From Myxococcota bacterium (GTDB taxonomy: Bacteria > Myxococcota_A > SURF-8): a stretch of DNA of 64,000 bases. The first letter of the stretch is position 1; every line of letters begins with the position of its first letter. The stretch spans positions 1,408,001 through 1,472,000 of the forward strand of contig CAXXQS010000001.1 of NCBI GenBank assembly GCA_963674735.2, written 5' to 3'. The notes beneath the pieces were generated by a model. That model searched no databases. It saw only the letters and a program-made list of their open reading frames with translations, and was not told the DNA's origin. Positions 49,301 through 57,617 of the stretch are shown here, in pieces. The translations under genes and the position numbers were made by a program.

Positions 49301-50679
49301 CCCAACCCGGGACCGGTCGCCCAAATGGTTCCACGTAAACCGACCACGTATATTTCTCCCAATGGCGTAACCGCGACATCGGTTAAATCGGTTGTGTCCG
49401 GGGAATCGACTTTTCGCCACATATGATTTTTCAGGAAAGCAGGTGCCGTTTCATCGTCGACATACTGAGGATTGCTGGCGGTAATCAGGTCGTAAACGGT
49501 TCCCTGCGCCCCGACCAGATACAGAAGGTCGCCGTTGCCATCGATTCCGGTTAAGTTCGTGCTGTCCCCATTCGGCAAACCGAAATTCCACCATTGAGTG
49601 CCATCGTGGAACAAAACCGTTCCCGCGTCGCCTACCGCGAACACACGATCCGCTCCAAAGCCGTAGACATCGCGCAGATGATTCGAGGTCAACGCCTGGG
49701 AAGCCGGATCTGAGACGAACGTGTATTGGTTGTCCGAGAAAAGGGTAAATCCTTCATCGCCGACAATGACATACAATTCCTGTGGTATCGACCACATCCC
49801 ACTCAATCCGAGATTGGCTGTCGCCGAATTGAGCTTGGTCCACTGGTTGTTGAAGAAGCGATACAACGTGCCCTGTTCGCCGAGCACGTACGTATTGCCG
49901 ACTCCATCCAAATGGACATGCCGGAAGGTATAGCCGTTAAGTCCGGCCAAGCCGAAATTGAAGGTGGGGATTTTGCTCCAGCCGTTTTCTTCGCCTTGAT
50001 AACGTTGAACGGTGGCGTTTTCTCCGGCCGCCCATACATTGGTGTCATCCGACCCGCCGACTCCCAGCAACTTGGAGAGCGACTGACCGTTCAATCCATC
50101 AAAGATTTCCTTATCGGACGCAATTCGCGTTCCCTTGTCTCCGGCAATCCAGAGAGAGTCGTCCGGGCTATCCCAGATAGAGAACAGATCATGCGCCACC
50201 GGGAAAGGTTGAATCCAACAAACGCCGGTTGCGGTGCAGGTTTCTCCACCATAGCTTTCGGGCCAATCAATGGGGTATTCGATTTCCTGTTCCACTTCCT
50301 CTTCAGCCTCTGCGTTTTCTTCGTCTTCACCCTCGCTCAGATCGTTATCCACATCCCCATCGATTTCGTTCTCTTCTCCTTCTTCGATCTCTCCCTCGGG
50401 GATATCCATATCGCCATCGGTCGGCAATGGAGATTCGTTGCGTTCAATTTCGTAGCCGAACTCCTTGTCACCATCCGGAATTTCGCCGCACTGTTCGGGC
50501 GGTACGCAGGTGCCGTCGCAGCAAACTAGCCCTTCTTGGCAAAGGTCGCCATTGGCGCCGACACAGCCCTGCCCTTCACCGCCGACACCTGAATTCACAC
50601 AGGCCGCAAAAGGAATTAGAACGAAAAGAGCCCCTATCAGAACACCCATTCGAGTGATTATGCTTCTGGTCATCTTCAC
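46324..50679 (-). CDS. Large lipoprotein with two beta-propeller-like repeat regions and acidic DGD linkers
   Basis: Lipobox FAAC; many (V/I)WG….VW.VG..G repeats; each half opens with C…CW..P; Asp/Glu-rich linkers. Confidence 0.82.
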   Translation of the reverse strand: MKMTRSIITRMGVLIGALFVLIPFAACVNSGVGGEGQGCVGANGDLCQEGLVCCDGTCVPPEQCGEIPDGDKEFGYEIERNESPLPTDGDMDIPEGEIEEGEENEIDGDVDNDLSEGEDEENAEAEEEVEQEIEYPIDWPESYGGETCTATGVCWIQPFPVAHDLFSIWDSPDDSLWIAGDKGTRIASDKEIFDGLNGQSLSKLLGVGGSDDTNVWAAGENATVQRYQGEENGWSKIPTFNFGLAGLNGYTFRHVHLDGVGNTYVLGEQGTLYRFFNNQWTKLNSATANLGLSGMWSIPQELYVIVGDEGFTLFSDNQYTFVSDPASQALTSNHLRDVYGFGADRVFAVGDAGTVLFHDGTQWWNFGLPNGDSTNLTGIDGNGDLLYLVGAQGTVYDLITASNPQYVDDETAPAFLKNHMWRKVDSPDTTDLTDVAVTPLGEIYVVGLRGTIWATGPGLGWEIINRPSPRTQDGENGPYTYHDITAMRGKLNTLYFGDSIGDIRYYNVIEQAWNEIGHLGLDGNRQPVNDIWVLSNGTVLFFNDAVYRWTPGESSIYLEADNSLINTVVERVWAAADNDRYAVGGRVVHFDGLNWAELTDGVVPWAGLPDGDVELSEVDGSLDPGAPTIISPFNWHGVWGESASNVWLVGDGSVVAQKVPGRADDTWRAKVLDTVDSTPLRDIWGADNDYIWIVGDGGKVWFSDGEEFTSVSLPDLNVGENPTRVWGTDEDHVFIVTDQGGLYLLRSEQNFERIDTGFNGSLHELAGPSFDNLYMGGEGGVLLNAFEIYVEEEPEVDGDEEADLEIDGDWETEVDGDQEVDVVEDDLETDGDLELEVEAELDDEAEVGEMDDESPQPIEFTCLPDVDDVCNSDCFCWENPYHSGNIITNAHAVAADDVWMCGEDGALLYYLDSNDNEFIQVLQGGPDYIDVAKRSETQIFLLTEDTLFDWDGEVATAVKSADSSLFKAIHLDGLGNLYLLEDKNNNTMTVHMLTDGGWSILGNDGETFDETKDIWAKDASNVYVVGKDVYRYNGTNWTSLVKPTAGVYEKVFGFADTNEIYVPFGTSLFHYDGSWETINYDSTFTVRDVWGTGSNDLYLVGVSIDGTTGRAVHFNGSLWSAIPDMQILGADYHHVFGGGASPVFILSNLGEIWMGDASAMTLVAQNGIEDDLAWITTLNITHVFAGGSDGVLWKKTMATGDWSSVAINLSGLSLPTTTDFVHAWASNDGYLFMATDQSAVVIYDNSAGTASAVTTSEFTSAVAGFAPDDFYVGPTLKHYDGSQFSSVTWGAGASDQTVVELWTDQVDQLFGVGPDGVSKLNGTSMDVVYDPSGAGLTQITGINAQAVYAAGFVGGEVQIVTNDSGSWRDISGDLPLTLVPVDLFAAGDLLFLLADNAGLLELYLYDSTSELWQPLEQFPTFGMKSMSGFGRQNVYSAGIDGIILQFKIQGK

Positions 50680-50721
50680 TTCACGATCCTTTCTTTAATG
50701 AACCGCTTGCGCCCGAAATCG

Positions 50722-51825
50722 TTAAAATCGCGTCTGCGCCTGTACAAAAAATCCGTCGGGAGTAACGGAGATGCCACCTCCGGAACCGAATGTCTCCGGG
50801 CCTTTGTCCTGAATGTCCAAGACAAATAGAACAATCGAACTGACCAGGAAAGCTCCACCCAATCCATACATCACGTTTGAAGTGATCATATAGGTTTCCC
50901 TTTGGTCATCTTTGTCTTTCAAATCTTGAATCGTCAGGGCTTTCTTGGCATCATCGCGCGCTTTATTGGACAACACTCCAAACGTCAGCCCCAACGCGCC
51001 ACTGACAGCCGCAAGACTCAGGGTCGTCCAGGCCCCCACTTTCAAACCTAAATTCCGGGTTTTAGCAGGTGCGGGAGCTTTGTAGATCGCATCGGCATCA
51101 TCCGGCGTTGAAATGGGTACCACCATCCCGATGGGACGATCGGTGATCAATCCGGCATTGACCAACATTCGTCGATATCCCTGCTGGCCCAGATTGGGGA
51201 GTTTGCTTGAGTCATACTCGGTTTGTAGTGATTCGGCCATAACCCTTGAGCGTCTTAGATCCACCAAACGAATGAAAAGGGAGTATTCGGCCTGTTGCCG
51301 TGGAAGTGGAGAATCGGTGTTCATGCCAGCCTGCATCTCAGGCTTCGGTCCGATTGCGGTCATGCGCAACTTGGATACAACAACCAAGTCGAGATCGCTC
51401 GCTTTCAAGGCCTTCGCCAGACACGAAGCATCGATCCAGCACTTGTTGTACATGGATTTCTCAGCTGGTCCCAGGTACTTCATGACGTTATTGTGTGGAA
51501 TTACGGTACGTTGGGCTGCGTTTATCTCTTCGGATGTCATTTGAAGATATTCGAAGATCCGGCCTCTCGTGAGATCCGAAACGGCATTCTCCGCTTCAAA
51601 TGTCGATCGGACTTCCATAACACCAATGCGGAGATTGCGCGCATTCGCATTTTGAACAGAGACCCCGCTATCATCTGAATAGCCATCATCGGAAGTTGAG
51701 GAATAAGGGTCATCATTACCAACAAGAACGTCATCATCATCGGAAACTGCCTGCGCCTCAGCCGAAATCACGATCATCCCGAACATCACAAGCAAGGCAA
51801 TCGAACCGAGCTTCACTGCGTTCAT
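50722..51825 (-). CDS. Exported protein with an alpha/beta domain, hydrophobic helical hairpin and C-terminal beta-hairpin ending in Phe
   Basis: Signal peptide; C….C in CWIDASC; IRLVDL strand; two Gly/Ala-rich hydrophobic helices; …VTPDGFFVQAQTRF. Confidence 0.65.
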   Translation of the reverse strand: MNAVKLGSIALLVMFGMIVISAEAQAVSDDDDVLVGNDDPYSSTSDDGYSDDSGVSVQNANARNLRIGVMEVRSTFEAENAVSDLTRGRIFEYLQMTSEEINAAQRTVIPHNNVMKYLGPAEKSMYNKCWIDASCLAKALKASDLDLVVVSKLRMTAIGPKPEMQAGMNTDSPLPRQQAEYSLFIRLVDLRRSRVMAESLQTEYDSSKLPNLGQQGYRRMLVNAGLITDRPIGMVVPISTPDDADAIYKAPAPAKTRNLGLKVGAWTTLSLAAVSGALGLTFGVLSNKARDDAKKALTIQDLKDKDDQRETYMITSNVMYGLGGAFLVSSIVLFVLDIQDKGPETFGSGGGISVTPDGFFVQAQTRF

Positions 51826-52170
51826 CCCGAACATCCTTTCTTTGTGGACGTTTCGATCAATATGCAACTATTGTCTGCAACCGTATTGCGTTCATATAAG
51901 TTGCGGGATTTTATCATGGTTCAATCATTCTAGCAAGAAGGGCAACGTATCCCGGCTACTTTACTCTCCGCTTTCAGTCAATCCTCATTGTCGAATCCTA
52001 TTTTCATAGAAAATACCCCATTTTAGCGATTGTCAGGAGTGAACCGACCGCCTTCGTAAAAGCTTAGCTGTCCGCTCCATTTCGCTCTCAATTCTATCTG
52101 AAGTCCATAAACTGGTAATGAATCAGATTTTTCGCAGGCTTCCCGCCCCACCATTGCGCCGGAGACATGT

Positions 52171-55100
52171 ATGCGGTATGCTCGCATCAACGTAGAGAAA
52201 GGATGTTCGGTGCCAGCCAAGCCAACTGACAGTATTGTTTCCATATTCCGCTGTGCACCGTTGACCGATGCCTTCGGGGGCGCACTCGATCTGGAAAGTC
52301 TGCGTGGCAGTCTGCGCTCTTCTGGCCTGCGTGTCGCCCATCTCATTGCCCATGATACGTTTTGGGAACTGCGACACACGGAAACCGACGAACGCATTGT
52401 TGCGCTTGCCCTGACTTGTTTGCGAGAACATCTTAGCCCGTTGGTACCCATTGAGACAACTCGGGATAACAGTCTTGATGACATCGAAATAACGGATGCT
52501 CGTCACAAACCGCCGGTGCCGGTCGTACTGTCCGAATTCGGTGTGGCCGACGTCACCGAAACGCTCACTGCACTCTCTAATCGATTGTTCGTTCACCCGG
52601 CCGCAGTTCCGACGTCCATTCATCAAGCGAAAACAGACTCTTACGCCGCACCACCCACCATATGCCACATTCTCGATCAGCTGGCAAATCCCTTCGGTGC
52701 CTATGGTTTGACACCCGACACGTGGCGGGTGCGCTGGTTGGAACGCGGTTCCCTCTGGCGTGAAGCTCTTCCTATTCCTAATGTCCCGAAGTTACAGATC
52801 CTACTCTGGCAGACAGCCGAAACGGCTCAAGCGGTCTTCGTTGCCATTATCGCCGAGGACGATCCGGTGAAGGCGGACGCGGCCGCCCGATCGCTCACAG
52901 CCTTGCTGATCGAGCAACCCGAAGCTCCAGCCGCCCCCGAGTTGTGGTTGGACGGCTTGCCCTACGGCGTTGCCCGGCGTCCAATCGTCGCCGCTCCCGT
53001 CGATTACACCACCCCTCTACCGATCCTCCGCATCGAAAATCGCTGCAGTTCATGCGGACGTTGTGCCGAGGTTTGCCCGGTTCGCGTGCTTACACCGGAG
53101 GGCCTGCCCACACCCGACATGCAAACGACCTGCTTGCGCTGTTACGACTGCGTGGAAGCCTGTCCGGAAGACGCTCTGCGTCCGACACTTTCGGACGACA
53201 CCGCGACGATTGGACACACATTAAGCTATCGTTCCGGCTGGCTATCGAGGATCGTCGGTCGGCCCGGACCTGCTTTTCCAGCACCTCATATTCCCTCATA
53301 CCTCCTCCCTACATCGGACAAGGCTTGCGAAACACCGCGGGTGATCGTCGGGCTTTCGATGACCACGATGCAGGAACACGCCACCGCTTTGCTGATCGAC
53401 GGAGTCCTCGTCGGGGCGATCGAGGAAGAACGCCTGAACCGCGTGCGCCATTACGGCTGGTCACCCGCCGGTCGCTCAGGTGTGACCCTCGCCATGGATC
53501 CGACCCTTTGTTTGGAGGAGGCGCTACCCCGGCGGGGAATCCGAGCGCTTTTAGAGCATGCCGGGCTGACGCTCGACGACGTGGATTTGTTCGCCATCAA
53601 CGGACTTCCCGCCCGCTATCGGCATGCCTACTCTCTCCATAACAGCGAACGTCCGGTGCCGGTGCTGCGCTCGGGACGCGTGGCCTTTATCCCGCATCAC
53701 TTGGCTCATGCCGCCAGCAGCTATCGACTAAGTGGTCTTTCCGATGCCTGGGTGTTGACGGTGGATGGCCGGGGAGACCGGGAAACGGCGGCGTTGTTCA
53801 AAGCCGAAAACGGACATCTTGAACCTCGCAATGAAATCCTTTCACTCACCGATCATTCCATCGGCGGCGTTTACGAAACCGTGACGCGTCTGCTCGGCTT
53901 CGGCTCCCACGGACAAGGCAGTACGATGGCCCTGGCCGGATTCGGTCAAGGCGATGTCGACCTAGACAACTGGTTATCCATCCGTAACTGGTCTTCCTAC
54001 CGTATCCACGAAAACGGACTGGAGGCTGCTTTCGATGGCGTAGCGATAAACGAAACGGAAGATGTTTCGCCCGAAGGCCGTTACAATCTCGCGGCGTCGT
54101 TGCAGGATGCCCTTGAAAAGGGTGTGCTATCGCTGTTGCGAGCAGGTGGCGTTCCCGAAAAAGGAGCGGCGCTGTGCCTGGCGGGTGGAGTGGCACTCAA
54201 CTGCCAGATGAACGAACGCATTCGGCACGAATTGAAGCCCGCCTCACTGTTTATCCAACCGGGGGCCAACGATGCAGGAACCGCGCTCGGGGCCGCGCTG
54301 GAAGCCCAGGCTCTATTTTCGCTTCCGTTAAAGGATCAGCCACTATCCCATGCACTTCTGGGGCCGGCCTTTACCGACGACGAAATCGAGGCGGCCCTGA
54401 TTCAACACGGCGTACCCTATCGACCAGTAGACGACATCAGCGAAACCGCTGCGCAGCTTCTGGCCGCAGGCAAAATCGTCGCCTGGTTCCAGGATCGCCT
54501 GGAATTCGGTCCGCGCGCCTTGGGTTCACGCAGCCTGCTGGCCGATCCGCGCAATCTTTCCGTGAAAGACCGCCTGAACGCGCTCAAGCAGCGGCAATCC
54601 TGGCGCCCCTTCGGGCCATCCGTTTTAGCGGGTCACGAACGCGACTGGTTCGAGAATGCCTGCGACAGCCGCTTCATGTTGCTTACACAAACCGTCCATG
54701 CTGAAAAACGGGAGTTGATTCCTGCAGTTTTGCACGTAGATGGCACCACCCGGCCCAATCTCGTCCGCTCGGATCTTCAGCCACGCTACCATGCATTGAT
54801 TGCGGCTTTTCATCGGCTGACCGGCGTTCCTCTGGTGCTCAATACTTCGTTCAATCGGCACGGCGAACCGATCGTCTGTACCCCCGATGACGCCCTAATT
54901 TGCTATCTCGCACTCGGGGCCGACGCCTTGGCCATCGGCTCGTTCATCGTCGAAGCGTCTGCCGCTCCCCTTCGCGCCCCGCGCCTGCCCACACTCAGTC
55001 GTCTGCAAGCCTGCCCCGGCGGGCGACGCTTATCGTTACGTTTGACTATCCACTGCGAGTGCCGATGCGTCCATTGTACTTTGGGCGATATGCCGGTTTG

Positions 55101-55914
55101 TCCCGACCGTTCCTTCAATGAAGCCCTGCGAGCCCTGGCCGAGGGACGTCGTCACTCTTGCGACGAACTGGTGATCCTGCGCGGTGAAGCAACCCATTGG
55201 CCTAAATTGGCTGAATTGATCGCACGCGCCAAAGAGATGGGCTATCGCTTTGTTCAATTGCAAAGCAACGGCGCGGCTCTGGCTGCCACCGATGTGCGTA
55301 AGCCGCTTCTGGCTGCGGGTTTGGACGCTGTAGAGGTCACCTTGGTTGCAGCCTCGGAAAACGATACAGCGCAAATCATGGGAGAAGGACGCTTCTTCAA
55401 AGACACGCTTCTCGCCATCCGCGCCCTGGTACAGGCCGGTCGTTTCGTGCTGGTTTCCGTGCCGCTCCTGCGCGACAACGTCCACGCCTACCCCAAACTG
55501 ATTGCGTTAATCGCTCGCTTGGGTGTCACGCACCTGCAATTCAACTTCCCTCGGCCGGTGGAGACTCCCGCCGGACTTTCGACGAAGTCCCTGATGCGCT
55601 TGAGCGATGCCGCCGCCGCACTGGCAGCCGTTTTACCCCAGACTCGCGAACTGGGTTTGACCGTCAGCACGGAAGGGCTACCTTTTTGCCATCTCGATCG
55701 CACGCTTTGGTCTATTCCCGATGCACAGGAAGACTGGTCACGCCATCGTGTCGACGATCTGCATCTCACACACGACAGTCTGACAACCGTTCGTCAGGCG
55801 GCGCGTCCGGATGCTCTGCCTTGCCGCGTCTGCGCCGAACGAACGCATTGTCCGAAAACCTGGGCACTTTATTTGGAATTGTTCGGTTCGAATGAATTTC
55901 GACCATTCGACTAG
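52171..55914 (+). CDS. Fusion of an unknown N-terminal domain, 2x[4Fe-4S] ferredoxin, NodU/CmcH-family O-carbamoyltransferase and HxsC-like radical SAM domain
   Basis: CSSCGRCAEVCP and CLRCYDCVEACP; EEERLNR, HHLAHA, DGRG, GGVALN, EFGPRALG, RPFGP and LNTSFN; CECRCVHC, QSNG, EGLPFC and CRVC…C. Confidence 0.85.
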   Translation: MRYARINVEKGCSVPAKPTDSIVSIFRCAPLTDAFGGALDLESLRGSLRSSGLRVAHLIAHDTFWELRHTETDERIVALALTCLREHLSPLVPIETTRDNSLDDIEITDARHKPPVPVVLSEFGVADVTETLTALSNRLFVHPAAVPTSIHQAKTDSYAAPPTICHILDQLANPFGAYGLTPDTWRVRWLERGSLWREALPIPNVPKLQILLWQTAETAQAVFVAIIAEDDPVKADAAARSLTALLIEQPEAPAAPELWLDGLPYGVARRPIVAAPVDYTTPLPILRIENRCSSCGRCAEVCPVRVLTPEGLPTPDMQTTCLRCYDCVEACPEDALRPTLSDDTATIGHTLSYRSGWLSRIVGRPGPAFPAPHIPSYLLPTSDKACETPRVIVGLSMTTMQEHATALLIDGVLVGAIEEERLNRVRHYGWSPAGRSGVTLAMDPTLCLEEALPRRGIRALLEHAGLTLDDVDLFAINGLPARYRHAYSLHNSERPVPVLRSGRVAFIPHHLAHAASSYRLSGLSDAWVLTVDGRGDRETAALFKAENGHLEPRNEILSLTDHSIGGVYETVTRLLGFGSHGQGSTMALAGFGQGDVDLDNWLSIRNWSSYRIHENGLEAAFDGVAINETEDVSPEGRYNLAASLQDALEKGVLSLLRAGGVPEKGAALCLAGGVALNCQMNERIRHELKPASLFIQPGANDAGTALGAALEAQALFSLPLKDQPLSHALLGPAFTDDEIEAALIQHGVPYRPVDDISETAAQLLAAGKIVAWFQDRLEFGPRALGSRSLLADPRNLSVKDRLNALKQRQSWRPFGPSVLAGHERDWFENACDSRFMLLTQTVHAEKRELIPAVLHVDGTTRPNLVRSDLQPRYHALIAAFHRLTGVPLVLNTSFNRHGEPIVCTPDDALICYLALGADALAIGSFIVEASAAPLRAPRLPTLSRLQACPGGRRLSLRLTIHCECRCVHCTLGDMPVCPDRSFNEALRALAEGRRHSCDELVILRGEATHWPKLAELIARAKEMGYRFVQLQSNGAALAATDVRKPLLAAGLDAVEVTLVAASENDTAQIMGEGRFFKDTLLAIRALVQAGRFVLVSVPLLRDNVHAYPKLIALIARLGVTHLQFNFPRPVETPAGLSTKSLMRLSDAAAALAAVLPQTRELGLTVSTEGLPFCHLDRTLWSIPDAQEDWSRHRVDDLHLTHDSLTTVRQAARPDALPCRVCAERTHCPKTWALYLELFGSNEFRPFD

Positions 55915-55918
55915 CAGC

Positions 55919-56833
55919 CTAATCCAAACTTGCCACCCACTCTCCCAAATAGGAAAAATCGGGTCGCCAGGCCGGATCGCTTTCGGCTATCCGTGCAAGC
56001 GCGTGTCGCACATTCGTTGCCGTGTCGGGTCGTTCGTCTGGTCGTTGCGCTAACAGCGACGTCACCAACCTCGACAGTTGCTGCGGGATATCGCCAAAAA
56101 CATCGGCAGGTGTGTCAGGAGGATCATTGAGGATGGCTGTCATCGTTTCGGTAGGGGTTTCACGGCGATGAAGTTGTACGCCCAGCAGGAGTTCCCAAGC
56201 CAAAATTCCCAAAGCGTATAAATCCGAACGCGCGTCGGGCAGGGTCGTTTCAGTATTGTTCCCATCCATACCAGCTCGCTCCGGGCTCAGGTAGGAAAAG
56301 CTGCCGCAGCCAATGACATCTCGGGAAGAACGCGGGCCTCCGCGCCATACGGCGAGTCCGAAGTCGGTGAGCTTGACGGTTCCATTGAACCCAAGCAATA
56401 CATTTTGCGGCGACACATCATGATGGACCACTTCCACAGGACCGTTTTCATCCCGTAGAAGATGAATGGACTCCAACACATCCGCCAAAGCTTGCAGGAT
56501 CGCCATAACCGCCCGAGAAGGCCAGCGCCGTCCATCCATCTGGGCGCGTCGCCCCGCTTCGGCCAAGGTAAGTCCTTGTACATATTCCAGTATCGCCATG
56601 GGTCGCGAAGAGGTATCGTCCAATGAAATGAGTTTCACGAGATGCGGATGGTCGAATCGTGCTTGAAGGCGCAGAGAATCGACGAAGTAACGTCGCTCAC
56701 GTGCAATATCGGACAAGTGAGAGTGGCAGACCTTCAATACACGTTCGTGACGATCTTCATCGTGGACCAACCATATTTCGGAACTGGCCGTGCAGGCGAG
56801 GCGTTCGATGGGCGTGTAAGGCCTTGTTTTCAT
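55919..56833 (-). CDS. Ser/Thr kinase-like protein, non-RD, lacking the Gly-rich loop
   Basis: VLK, HHDVSPQN, DFG, YLSPE and DLYALG motifs; the P-loop position reads ACTASSEI. Confidence 0.82.
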   Translation of the reverse strand: MKTRPYTPIERLACTASSEIWLVHDEDRHERVLKVCHSHLSDIARERRYFVDSLRLQARFDHPHLVKLISLDDTSSRPMAILEYVQGLTLAEAGRRAQMDGRRWPSRAVMAILQALADVLESIHLLRDENGPVEVVHHDVSPQNVLLGFNGTVKLTDFGLAVWRGGPRSSRDVIGCGSFSYLSPERAGMDGNNTETTLPDARSDLYALGILAWELLLGVQLHRRETPTETMTAILNDPPDTPADVFGDIPQQLSRLVTSLLAQRPDERPDTATNVRHALARIAESDPAWRPDFSYLGEWVASLD

Positions 56834-56845
56834 GAAGTCTAAACC

Positions 56846-56873
56846 AAAATCGGGGAGGTTGGTTCCTCCCCGA
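56846..56873 (-). terminator. Intrinsic terminator after the mlaC-like gene
   Basis: Minus strand TCGGGGAGG-AACCAA-CCTCCCCGA-TTTT. Confidence 0.75.
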
Positions 56874-56883
56874 CGGTGTGAGT

Positions 56884-57555
56884 CTATTTCCCGGCTTTCG
56901 GTTTGGCGGCCGGTTCATCATCGAAGCGGTCGTTTTCGATTTTGCCCGAGGATGGCAAGTCCAGCTCGTTGAGCTTACGTTTCATCTTCTCCAGCATTTT
57001 ATCGAAGCCGTCTTTGCGAATGATCTTGTTGAACTGGGAGCGGTAGTTTTCCATCAGGCTGACATCGTCGATCAGCATGTCGAACACCACCCATTTACCG
57101 GCTTTCTCGATGAAACGAAGCTGGATGCGTCCGAGGTACTTGCCCGATTTCACTTTGAAACGCACCGTCTGGAAATCTTCACCCGGAAGTTCTTCGTACC
57201 ACTTGATTTTATAGGTCGTCGAATCGGAAATGCGCAGAAGGTAGTTTTTCTCGATCAACGACTTCAAAGTCGCGAGAAAATCGGTCCGTTGAGCTGCACT
57301 GATGTCGTCCCAATGAAACACGAGGGAACGCATGCCAAGCTCTTCGAAGTCAAAAAGAGCATTGATGGTCTCGCTAAGCTTATCTTCTTTGGCCTGATGC
57401 GCCGGAGTTCCTTTCACGGTTTTCAGAGCTAATACCTTGCGAACCTCAAGCTCCTTTTTAACCGCGAGATCGGTCGCCGGCCCGGCAAACGCCGGAAGAC
57501 TCAAAACCAGCATTCCAATCAGCGAAAACATAATCAGCACGAATGAACGTCGCAT
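56884..57555 (-). CDS. MlaC/Ttg2D-family periplasmic lipid-binding protein
   Basis: Signal peptide; FDFEELG…LVFHW; WVVFDMLIDDVSLMENYRSQF. Confidence 0.88.
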   Translation of the reverse strand: MRRSFVLIMFSLIGMLVLSLPAFAGPATDLAVKKELEVRKVLALKTVKGTPAHQAKEDKLSETINALFDFEELGMRSLVFHWDDISAAQRTDFLATLKSLIEKNYLLRISDSTTYKIKWYEELPGEDFQTVRFKVKSGKYLGRIQLRFIEKAGKWVVFDMLIDDVSLMENYRSQFNKIIRKDGFDKMLEKMKRKLNELDLPSSGKIENDRFDDEPAAKPKAGK

Positions 57556-57617
57556 GTTATCTCCTCAAAGCAGTCCGTACAGACAGGAAACACCACCCGA
57601 TTGCGGAGATGTCACCT

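Noticed and set aside
51868-52170. RiPP precursor peptide upstream of the radical SAM fusion
   Set aside because: Only very short ORFs were noticed (e.g. MVQSF*), with no His-Xaa-Ser or leader-like peptide and no RBS.
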